Assembly (NCBI GenBank): GCA_037446215.1
Contig: JBBIJB010000064.1
Coordinates: forward strand, 1 to 12,689
DNA: 12,689 bases
DNA from: Armatimonadota bacterium
GTDB taxonomy: Bacteria > Sysuimicrobiota > Sysuimicrobiia > Sysuimicrobiales > Humicultoraceae
Direction: 5' to 3'
A model generated the notes under the pieces. The model saw only the letters and a list, made by a program, of their open reading frames with translations. It did not search any database and was not told the origin of the DNA. The translations under genes were made by a program, and so were the position numbers. This document shows positions 1-7,241 of the stretch, piece by piece; positions within the stretch are counted from its first letter, which is position 1, and each line of letters begins with the position of its first letter.

Positions 1-386
1 TGCGCCACCTCGTGGGCGATGACCGCGGCCAGCTCGTGGTCGCTGCGCACGAACCCGAGCAGGCCCGTCGTCATGTAGACGAACCCTCCCGGAAGGGCGA
101 CCGCGTTGACGTGCTGGGACTCGATCACCTTGAAGGCGTAGGGAAGGCGGGGGCGGTCGGAGACCGCCGCCACGATGGCGCCAATCCTCGTGACCCGCTC
201 ATTTACCTTGGGATCCCGTACGACCTTGTACCTGGACTCTATCTCGGCCGAGCCCTGCCGGCCCATGCGTATCTCATGGTCGTCGGCGGGAGCGGCCAGC
301 AGAGGAGAAGGACCCGGCATCGCCACCAGGGCCGCGAGCACCGCCAATGCGGCGCAGAGCAGGGCAGGACGTAGGCGCCTGGTCAA
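1..386 (-). CDS. M48 family Zn metallopeptidase (BepA/YfgC-like), secreted; 5' part only, runs off the left edge
   Basis: Manual translation from TTG at 386 (GGAGG upstream; TTGA overlap with the tatD stop): MTRRLRPALLCAALAVLAALVAMPGPSPLLAAPADDHEIRMGRQGSAEIESRYKVVRDPKVNERVTRIGAIVAAVSDRPRLPYAFKVIESQHVNAVALPGGFVYMTTGLLGFVRSDHELAAVIAHEVA(H). It has a signal-peptide-like N-terminus, the M48 'NAxALPGG' motif and 'ELAAVIAHExxH'. Not in the ORF track. Confidence 0.92.
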   Translation of the reverse strand, partial: MTRRLRPALLCAALAVLAALVAMPGPSPLLAAPADDHEIRMGRQGSAEIESRYKVVRDPKVNERVTRIGAIVAAVSDRPRLPYAFKVIESQHVNAVALPGGFVYMTTGLLGFVRSDHELAAVIAHEVA

Positions 387-1183
387 CTTGAGGCCTCCGG
401 ATGAGCGCCGCGCGGGGGCAGCGCGAAGGCGCGCGCGGCGTTGGCGCTGGTCGCCTCGGCGAGGCGGCCGGCCGAGACTCCTCGGGCGCGGGCCGCGGCC
501 CATGCTATCAGGGGAAGGTAGGCGGGCTCGTTGCGCTGGCCCCTGTGCGGCTCGGGCGGAAGATAGGGGGCGTCCGTCTCCAGCAGCAGCCGCTCCTCGG
601 GGACGAACCTGACCACCTCGAGCGCGTTGCGCGCGTTGCGGTAGGTCAGCGGTCCGCCCAGCCCGAGGTAGAAGCCGCGGTCAAGGCAGGTCCTCGCGAC
701 GCCGAGGGATCCCGAGAAGCAGTGCATGACCACGGTCGCGGGCGGGAGCTCGTCAAGGATCCCGAGCACGTCGCCGTGGGCGTCCCGGCTGTGGATGACC
801 GCCGGCAGCCCGAGAGCGCGCGCTCGCTCGAGGTGCTCCCGGAACAGCCTCTGCTGGGCCTCGCGCGGCGCGAACTCCCGGAAGTAGTCGAGTCCTGTCT
901 CGCCCACCGCCACGACCTTCGGGTGAAAGGCCAGCGCCTCCAGTTGCTCGAGGCCGGCGGGTGTCACCGAGCCGGCATCGTGGGGATGGATCCCGACCGT
1001 GGCGTAGACATCGGCGTGCCGCTCGGCCAGCTCTATCGCGCGCCGGCTCGATTCGACGGATGTCCCGACCGTTACTAGGCCGGATACCCCCGCCGCCCTG
1101 GCACGATCGAGCGCGGCCTCGCGGTCGCGCTCGAATGCCCCGTCGTCCAGGTGCAGATGTGTGTCTACTAGGTGAAGCACCAC
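383..1183 (-). CDS. tatD: TatD family hydrolase/DNase
   Basis: Motifs DTHLH, GIHPH, VGETGLDY, IHSRDA, MHCFSG and LLETDAPYL...NEP. GTG start with AGGAG just upstream. Position downstream of metG is a common arrangement. Confidence 0.96.
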   Translation of the reverse strand: MVLHLVDTHLHLDDGAFERDREAALDRARAAGVSGLVTVGTSVESSRRAIELAERHADVYATVGIHPHDAGSVTPAGLEQLEALAFHPKVVAVGETGLDYFREFAPREAQQRLFREHLERARALGLPAVIHSRDAHGDVLGILDELPPATVVMHCFSGSLGVARTCLDRGFYLGLGGPLTYRNARNALEVVRFVPEERLLLETDAPYLPPEPHRGQRNEPAYLPLIAWAAARARGVSAGRLAEATSANAARAFALPPRGAHPEASS

Positions 1184-1260
1184 GCTCCTAGTCTAGCCGA
1201 GCCCCCCATCCCCGACAACTCGGGCGCGTCGCCGCCGCGATGCCGCCGCTTGCCTCTGCC

Positions 1261-3231
1261 CTAGGATACCCCGGACCCGACCGGCGGATCGCCGTCCACG
1301 CCCAGCAGCGCGACCTCGTCGTCACCCCAGGTGGCCGCGAGCAGCATTCCGCGGGACTCGATCCCCCGAACCTTCCTGGGCTGCAGGTTGGCAAGCACCA
1401 CGATCCGTCGCCCTACGAGCCCCTCGGCCTGGTAGCCCGGCGCAATTCCCGAGACGATCGTCCTCACCTCGCCGCCGATCTCCACCTCTATCTTGATCAG
1501 CTTGTCCGTACCGGGAACCCGCTCCGCTGTCTTGACCTGGCCTATGCGGATGTCCATCCGCTTGAACTCTTCAATCGATACCACGTCTGCCACCGCCGCC
1601 ACCTCCGTGGTCGCGCTCTTCTCCTGTCGTGCGCCGCCGGGCTCTGCCGGCTGCGCCGCGGGCTGCGGCTTCGTCTCGATCCGCGGGAAGATCGGGGTGG
1701 CGGGCAGCACGCGAAGCCCTGCGCGCAGCCCACCCCAGCGGCGGGCGTCGTCCAGCCGCTGATCGGCGAGCGGAGCCTCCACGCCCAACTGATCCCACAC
1801 CCGGCCCGCAGCGGTCGGCAGGACGGGCGAGACCAGTATCGTGACTACCCGCAGCGTCTCGAGCGTATTGTAGAGGATCGTTCCCGCCCGATCCCTCCTA
1901 CCCTGCTTGACGGCGGTCCAGGGCGCCTCGCTGTCAAGGTACTTGTTGGCGGCTCCAAGCAGCCGCCAAATCTCCGAGAGCGCCTGGCTGAACCTGAGCC
2001 CGCCGATGTGCTCCAGGACTGCGTCCACCACGGAGCGCGCCAGGGTTCGCAGCGCCTCGTCCCCTCCCTCGGCCGTGCCCGGCGCCGGGAGGACCCCCTC
2101 GAAGTAGCGGGTGACGAGCGGCAGCGTGCGGTTGAGCAGGTTGCCGTAGTCGTTGGCCAGGTCGGCGTTGAACCTCCCGATCAGCGCGGGCCGGTTGAAG
2201 TCGCCATCGGCGCCGAAGGGAACCTCGCGCAGGAGGAAGTAGCGCAGCGCGTCCACCGCGACATCGGTATCGGCGCCGGAGGCCTCCGCGAGCTCGCGCG
2301 CCACGGCCACCGGGTCGAGGATGATCCCAAGCGACTTGCTGAACTTCTGCCCGCCGAAAGTCAGGAAGCCGTGGGCGTAGACCTGCCGGGGCGGCTCCAG
2401 ACCCGCGGCGTGGAGCACGATCGGCCATATCACGGCGTGGAAGCGCAGGATGTCCCGGCCTACGAGGTGAACCTCCGCGGGCCAGAACCTGCGGAACCTC
2501 TCGGGATCGTCCCCGTAGCCGATCGCCGATATGTAGTTGATCAATGCGTCGATCCAGACGTAGGCGACCTGCGAGGGGTCGAAGGGCAGCGGCACCCCCC
2601 ACTTGAAGGTCGAACGGCTGACGGCTATGTCACGGAGCCCCGAGCGAACGAAGCTCAGGACCTCGTTGCGCTGGGCCTCGGGCTCGACGAAGCTTGGGTG
2701 GCGCTCGATGTGGCTCAGGATCCAGTCCTGGTAAAGCGAGAGGCGAAACAGGTAGCAGGCCTCCGCGTTCCACTCGACCGGCCTCGCGGTGTGGATCGGG
2801 CATGTCCTCTCGGGGCCGAGCTCCCCCTCGGGATAGAACGACTCACATGAGGAGCAGTACCATCCCTCGTAGGTGCCCTTGTAGATGTCGCCATTCTCGT
2901 GCAGGCGCTCGAAGATCGACCGGACCACACGCTCGTGGCGCGGCTCGGTCGTCCTGATGAAGTCGTCGTAGGCGATGTTCAGATGGGACCATAGGCCGCG
3001 GAAGGCGGCCGAGATCCTGTCGGACCACTCCTGGGGAGCCACTCCGTGCGCCTTAGCAACGCGCTCGATATTCAGCCCATGCTCGTCGGTGCCCGTCGCG
3101 AAGAAGACGTCGGAGCCGGCAAGGCGGTGGAACCTCGCCGCGGCGTCGGCGGCGATCGTGGTGTAGGCGTGCCCGATGTGGGGCACGTCGTTGACGTAGT
3201 AGATCGGCGTCGTGATGTAGAACTTGGACAT
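1261..3231 (-). CDS. metG: Methionine--tRNA ligase (MetRS1-like, single Zn knuckle, C-terminal Trbp111-like tRNA-binding domain)
   Basis: YITTPIYYVNDVPHIGH (HIGH motif), TGTDEHG, knuckle CSSC...CPIH, YVWIDAL, KFSKS (KMSKS equivalent), NADLANDYGNLLNR, Pro/Ala linker, then SIEEF..MDIRIG...LANLQPRKVRGIESRGMLL. SD-like AGGGGTGA 6 nt before the ATG. Confidence 0.98.
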   Translation of the reverse strand: MSKFYITTPIYYVNDVPHIGHAYTTIAADAAARFHRLAGSDVFFATGTDEHGLNIERVAKAHGVAPQEWSDRISAAFRGLWSHLNIAYDDFIRTTEPRHERVVRSIFERLHENGDIYKGTYEGWYCSSCESFYPEGELGPERTCPIHTARPVEWNAEACYLFRLSLYQDWILSHIERHPSFVEPEAQRNEVLSFVRSGLRDIAVSRSTFKWGVPLPFDPSQVAYVWIDALINYISAIGYGDDPERFRRFWPAEVHLVGRDILRFHAVIWPIVLHAAGLEPPRQVYAHGFLTFGGQKFSKSLGIILDPVAVARELAEASGADTDVAVDALRYFLLREVPFGADGDFNRPALIGRFNADLANDYGNLLNRTLPLVTRYFEGVLPAPGTAEGGDEALRTLARSVVDAVLEHIGGLRFSQALSEIWRLLGAANKYLDSEAPWTAVKQGRRDRAGTILYNTLETLRVVTILVSPVLPTAAGRVWDQLGVEAPLADQRLDDARRWGGLRAGLRVLPATPIFPRIETKPQPAAQPAEPGGARQEKSATTEVAAVADVVSIEEFKRMDIRIGQVKTAERVPGTDKLIKIEVEIGGEVRTIVSGIAPGYQAEGLVGRRIVVLANLQPRKVRGIESRGMLLAATWGDDEVALLGVDGDPPVGSGVS

Positions 3232-3291
3232 CTCAACTCACCCCTGCGGAACTGCCTCTGCGGCCTGGTCCTATCGCCGCGTCACCCTGGC

Positions 3292-3329
3292 ATACAAAGA
3301 GGCCTTCCGTCCGCCGGACGGAAGGCCTC
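3292..3329 (-). terminator. Intrinsic terminator of the T-box attenuator
   Basis: Perfect 14-bp inverted repeat GAGGCCTTCCGTCC / GGACGGAAGGCCTC (3299-3312 and 3316-3329) followed on the minus strand by TTTGTAT. Its 5' arm overlaps the 3' strand of the antiterminator, so the two structures are mutually exclusive. Confidence 0.9.
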
Positions 3330-3576
3330 CTCCGCGATACCACCGGGATTCGTGCCGGCCTCACGGACCGGCACCTCGGCGGGTGGCCGCCGGCCACCCG
3401 CGCCCTATCACGGGAGCACCCGTCCGGGCTATTCGCGGCGCAGCTCTGCCGTGCCGCTTTCGCTCGAATGCTCGGGAGCCATGTTCGGCGTCCGCGCGGC
3501 ACCGGCTCGCACCGTACCCGGCTCGCTCCCCCGCCCCTGACGCCTACTCCCGCTCCGTCATCGCCCGTATGAACTC
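3292..3576 (-). ncRNA. T-box riboswitch, Met specifier (AUG), transcriptional attenuation type, leader of metG
   Basis: On the minus strand: stem I base GCGATGACGGAG (~3564), AGTA S-turn (3548-3545), AG bulge AGCGA (3527-3523), distal loop GGTGCGA (3513-3507), specifier loop GAAC-ATG-G with ATG at 3482-3480, closing CTCC-CGAGC. Then stem II, a IIA/B-like CCCGTGATAGGG, stem III (3374-3352), antiterminator CCGG-TGGTATC-GCGGA...TCCGT-CCGG and an overlapping terminator. 5' end inferred from the promoter. Confidence 0.95.
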
Positions 3577-3582
3577 ATGTGG

Positions 3583-3612
3583 ATTCTATGCGTGCCGCCG
3601 CATCGGTGTCAA
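3583..3612 (-). promoter_or_regulatory. Sigma70/SigA promoter for the T-box-metG transcript
   Basis: TTGACA (3612-3607), 18-nt spacer, TAGAAT (3588-3583). Predicted start near 3576, about 10 nt before T-box stem I. Confidence 0.85.
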
Positions 3613-3623
3613 CGCGGGCGTTA

Positions 3624-4889
3624 TCAGCGTGCCATCAGCTTGGACATTACCTTCAGGCCGACATCCATGATCTTCCACGGGGCGCCCGCGTGGAACGGCT
3701 CGCCGGCCTTGAACCTCCACGGCAGGTAGATCCCCAGCAGCTTCTTGCCGAGCCGCCACATCGGCGAGGCGCCGGCCTTGTACATCGCGATGTCGCTCGA
3801 GCGAACCTCGATCGGCCGGGCCGCGTCGCCCGTGACCCGCAGCGGCACCTGCGCGAAGGTCGCCTTGTCGAACTGTTCCATCACGCACATGCTGACGGGG
3901 TCGTACCCGAACGAGGGCTGGGTCCCGAGGATCCTGGAGGCCAGGTGCTCCGCCACGGCGTCGGCCTGCAGGAAAGCCAGGAACGCCTGCTTAACCGGGA
4001 AGTCGCCCGCGTCGCCCGCGACGTAGATGTCGGGGTGATCGACCGCCTGGCGGGAGGCCTGCACCGTACGGACGAAGCCGCGATCGTCCGAGGGAAGGCT
4101 CGCGAACGGGGTCGACGCCACGTAGGGCGGGAACGAGATCAACAGGTCGAAGGGCAGGCGCTGCCCGTTCCTGTAGGCCACCTCCCGCTCGAAGACGCTC
4201 TCGACGACGTGCTCCTTTCGCCCGGCGACCCCCCGCTTCTCGAACTCGCCGGTTACCATCTCGTTGAGCTTCGGCCCGAAGGCCTGTATGTAGCCGGCCT
4301 CGAAGGTCGACCAGGTGATCCCGACCGACCCGCGGGCTCCGTTACGCTTCAGCCATGTGTCGAGCATGAACACCATCTCGTAGAGCGGGCCCGAGCACTT
4401 GTTGTTGGGCGGAACGAGGAACAGGACCTCCCGGCGCCTGCCCTCCTTCGCGTCCTCCAGGAGGGTGCCGAGCGCCGCGCGCAGCCTGAGCATGTCCTCC
4501 ACCGTCCAGATGGTCTGGGCGTGTTCGCGCAGTCCCGGGATCTCGTCGGGCCGCATGCCGGCTCCCGTGGCCAGCACAAGGTAGTCGTACGGAAGGGATT
4601 GGTCGCCGGCCCTGACCTTCTTTCCCGCCGGGTCCACCTCGGTCACGCGCGCGCGCACGAACTCTATCCCCTTGCGCGCCGCAGGCTTCGCGAGGGGGAT
4701 CTTCAGGGCCTCAGGATCCATCCCGAAAGGGATGTAGATCGTGTTGGGCTTGAAGAGGAAGTGGTCCTGATCCGAGATCAGCGTCATCTTCGCCCGGTCT
4801 CCGAGCCGCATCTTCAGATAGAAGGCGGACTCCAACCCCCCGAACCCACCGCCTGCCACGACCACCCTGGGCTGCGCGTTTGCTGCCAT
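3624..4889 (-). CDS. FAD-dependent oxidoreductase, sulfide:quinone oxidoreductase (SQR)-like
   Basis: Rossmann VVVAGGGFGG, YDYLVLATGA and IYVAGD. The only two cysteines are in KCSGPLYE and SMCVME, matching the SQR redox-active Cys pair contexts. Basic/aromatic amphipathic C-terminus. Double stop TGA TAA. Confidence 0.8.
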   Translation of the reverse strand: MAANAQPRVVVAGGGFGGLESAFYLKMRLGDRAKMTLISDQDHFLFKPNTIYIPFGMDPEALKIPLAKPAARKGIEFVRARVTEVDPAGKKVRAGDQSLPYDYLVLATGAGMRPDEIPGLREHAQTIWTVEDMLRLRAALGTLLEDAKEGRRREVLFLVPPNNKCSGPLYEMVFMLDTWLKRNGARGSVGITWSTFEAGYIQAFGPKLNEMVTGEFEKRGVAGRKEHVVESVFEREVAYRNGQRLPFDLLISFPPYVASTPFASLPSDDRGFVRTVQASRQAVDHPDIYVAGDAGDFPVKQAFLAFLQADAVAEHLASRILGTQPSFGYDPVSMCVMEQFDKATFAQVPLRVTGDAARPIEVRSSDIAMYKAGASPMWRLGKKLLGIYLPWRFKAGEPFHAGAPWKIMDVGLKVMSKLMAR

Positions 4890-5153
4890 GCCTCATACCC
4901 CCCGTCGCCGTTTCTCAACCAACTACCAATCGGGCATGTAGCCGCCTCCTGCCGCCTTCTTCGACGGCATCTTTGAACGGTCCAGCCCCCATATGCTTCC
5001 GACTCTATCCTCAACGAGGGTGAAGAGGCCGCTATTCCGCCGGCCGGGAGGAAATGGCGGCGGCATGCGTTGAACTAACCGCCACCGCGCCGGCCGCGGT
5101 GGCGCCGCGTCCTGGTAGGCCAACGTCAGCACCGGACATCGTGGGGGGCGAAG

Positions 5154-5720
5154 ATGCGAGACGATTCGCCCGATGCCGCAGGCACGGGAGGCCCGAACGA
5201 AGACCAACCCTGGAACGTGCCCGAGGAGCCCGAAGCGGCGGGCCCGGCGGGAAGCAGGTCAGGGCCGACCTCGGACCTGATCGCGGGCCTGCTGCTGATC
5301 GCGCTGGCCTTGTTCGTCACCTTCGAGTCGCTCAGGATGCCTGTGCGCGGACCGCTCGGCTTCTTCACCGGGCCCGGCTTCCTGCCGGCGGTGCTCGGGG
5401 CGGCTCTGGCGGTCCTCAGCGCAATCCTCGTGGTCCAGAGCGTCCGCCAGGGTGGTGCGAGCGACGTCCGGGCCCGCCTCGGCGACTGGCAGTCGCCGGA
5501 GTCCACGCGCCTGGCGATAGTGATGGCCCTCACGGCCCTGCTTGCCTTCACCATCGGACGAATCCCCTACTGGGCCGCGAACCTCATCTACTTCATCCTG
5601 ATCTTCGCCTTCCTGCGCGTGGGGGGGAGGCTGGTCTGGCAGGGCTTCTTCCTCGCGGTTGCGCTGGCGCTGTTCGTGGCGGTGTTCCTGCCCTGGATCT
5701 TCGAGCTGAGACTGCCCTGA
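5154..5720 (+). CDS. tctB: Tripartite tricarboxylate transporter small membrane subunit, TctB family
   Basis: About 4-5 hydrophobic segments, GPGFLP motif after TM1, C-terminal F-x-L-x-LP; lies immediately upstream of tctA. The acidic/Pro-rich N-terminal ~38 aa makes the start position less certain. Confidence 0.8.
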   Translation: MRDDSPDAAGTGGPNEDQPWNVPEEPEAAGPAGSRSGPTSDLIAGLLLIALALFVTFESLRMPVRGPLGFFTGPGFLPAVLGAALAVLSAILVVQSVRQGGASDVRARLGDWQSPESTRLAIVMALTALLAFTIGRIPYWAANLIYFILIFAFLRVGGRLVWQGFFLAVALALFVAVFLPWIFELRLP

Positions 5721-5739
5721 GCATGGGAGTGGATAGCTG

Positions 5740-7239
5740 ATGCGATGGGATCTAGTCCTACGGGAGTGGGCGCTCTTCCCAAGCAGCGCCCTCTCGCTCG
5801 TGACCTCGCCGTTCACGCTGCTGGCGCTGGCGGGCGGGTCGTTCCTGGGGCTGGTTGTGGGAGCGATGCCCGGCCTGACGGCGGTGATGGCGATGGCGCT
5901 CCTGCTGGGCTTCACCTTCAAGATGCCGATGGAGTGGGGCCTGGCGATCCTGATCGGGATCTACACGGGTGCCATGTTCGGGGGCGGCGTCACCGCCATC
6001 ATGACGAACATCCCTGGCACGCCGGCCGCCGCCGCCACGGTCATGGACGGCTTCCCGATGGCCAGGCAGGGGAGATCCAGGGAGGCGATCGGTGCCGTGA
6101 TCACCGGGTCGCTGGCCGGCGAGCTCCTGGGAGAGCTCTGCACGCTGCTCTTCTTGCCGCTGGTGATGCTGGCGGCGCTGCGCATCGGCGACTGGGAGGT
6201 CTCGATCATCGCCATATTCGGGCTGCTGCTCGCCGGAGCCCTGTCCGGGCGCAGCGTCCTGAAGGGCTGGATCGCCGCCCTGCTTGGGCTGATGATCGCG
6301 ATGATCGGTTTGGACTCGCTGTTCGCGGTGCCGCGGTTCGCCTACTCCATGGAGATGAGCCGCGGCGTCAACTTCATCCCGGCCCTGATCGGGCTCTTCG
6401 GCCTCTCCGAGGTCTTCATGGTGCTGCGCGAGCGAAAGGCCTACCGGATACTCGGTGATCCCGGCCGGGCCGTGGCCGACTGGTCCATCGTCACGCGCTA
6501 CGCCAGAACCATCGTCCGCTCGACGCTGGTGGGGCTCGGGATCGGCATAGTCCCGGGCGTCGGCGAATCGGTGGCGCCGTGGGTCGCCTACGACCTGGCC
6601 AAGCGCAAGTCGAAGAACCCCGAGCAGTTCGGAAAGGGCGCCGTTGAGGGCGTGGTGGCGGCCGAGGTCGCCGACAACGCCACCTCCGGCGGGGCCTTGA
6701 TCCCCACGCTGGTGCTCGGCATTCCAGGCAGCGGCCCCACCGCGATCCTGCTCGCGGCCCTGTTCATCTACGGGCTGCGGCCGGGTCCCACGCTGATGAT
6801 CGACAGGCCTGGGTTCATCGCGTTCATCGTGGTTCTCTTCTGGGGCTCGGCCCTGATCACGCGGTTCGTGGCCACCGCGCTCTCCGGCCCGCTGATCCGG
6901 CTCCTGTCGGCGCCGCGCGAGATCGTGCTCCCCACCGCGGCGGCGCTGGGACTTCTGGGGGCGTGGGCATCCGGGTTCACCAGGTTCGACGTCACGACGG
7001 CGCTGCTGTTCGGGATAGTCGGCTACATCATGCGGGTGAGGGGATTCCCGATCCCCCCGATGGTCCTGGGGATCCTGATCGGGCCGATCCTCGATGCCGC
7101 GCTGCGCAGGACCTTCATAACCCACTCGATGGCGCCGCTCGAGATCCTCACCCGCCCCGTAGGGATGGTGCTGTTGATCGCGCTGCTCCTCGTGCTGATC
7201 TCCGGGCTGCGCTTCCGCGGCCGGCTGGCGGAGCACTGA
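5740..7239 (+). CDS. tctA: Tripartite tricarboxylate transporter large permease subunit, TctA family
   Basis: 499-aa polytopic membrane protein with the repeated signatures GLVVGAMPGL and GIGIVPGVG, plus NIPGTPAAAATVMDGFPMARQG, AEVADNA and LGIPGS. Confidence 0.95.
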   Translation: MRWDLVLREWALFPSSALSLVTSPFTLLALAGGSFLGLVVGAMPGLTAVMAMALLLGFTFKMPMEWGLAILIGIYTGAMFGGGVTAIMTNIPGTPAAAATVMDGFPMARQGRSREAIGAVITGSLAGELLGELCTLLFLPLVMLAALRIGDWEVSIIAIFGLLLAGALSGRSVLKGWIAALLGLMIAMIGLDSLFAVPRFAYSMEMSRGVNFIPALIGLFGLSEVFMVLRERKAYRILGDPGRAVADWSIVTRYARTIVRSTLVGLGIGIVPGVGESVAPWVAYDLAKRKSKNPEQFGKGAVEGVVAAEVADNATSGGALIPTLVLGIPGSGPTAILLAALFIYGLRPGPTLMIDRPGFIAFIVVLFWGSALITRFVATALSGPLIRLLSAPREIVLPTAAALGLLGAWASGFTRFDVTTALLFGIVGYIMRVRGFPIPPMVLGILIGPILDAALRRTFITHSMAPLEILTRPVGMVLLIALLLVLISGLRFRGRLAEH

Positions 7240-7241
7240 CC

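Noticed and set aside
1184..1263. Readthrough or recoding of the metG TAG into the metG-tatD spacer
   Set aside because: MetG ends at the normal end of its C-terminal domain, tatD is in a different frame, and no SECIS/PYLIS-like evidence is visible.
1240..2850. Long antisense ORFs (1240..2850, 3579..4976, 5758..7236, 8740..10152, 9261..10334, 10858..12531 and others)
   Set aside because: They mirror well-supported genes on the opposite strand, carry no recognisable motifs, and are expected from high-GC codon bias.
3233..3502. 89-aa minus-strand ORF and overlapping plus-strand ORFs upstream of metG
   Set aside because: The region is fully explained by the T-box leader RNA.
4895..4903. ATACCCCCC upstream of sqr as a CsoR/CstR-type operator
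   Set aside because: Only a half site with no matching GGGTA arm, and it coincides with the probable ribosome-binding region; no regulator gene is nearby.
4973..4997. TTGAAC...TATGCT as the tctB promoter
   Set aside because: The spacer is only 13 nt, too short for sigma70.
6963..7241. 93-aa N-terminal extension of the Ldh_2 ORF in the track
   Set aside because: It overlaps tctA out of frame and is low-complexity Arg/Pro/Gly sequence; GTG 7242 has an SD and gives a normal family length.
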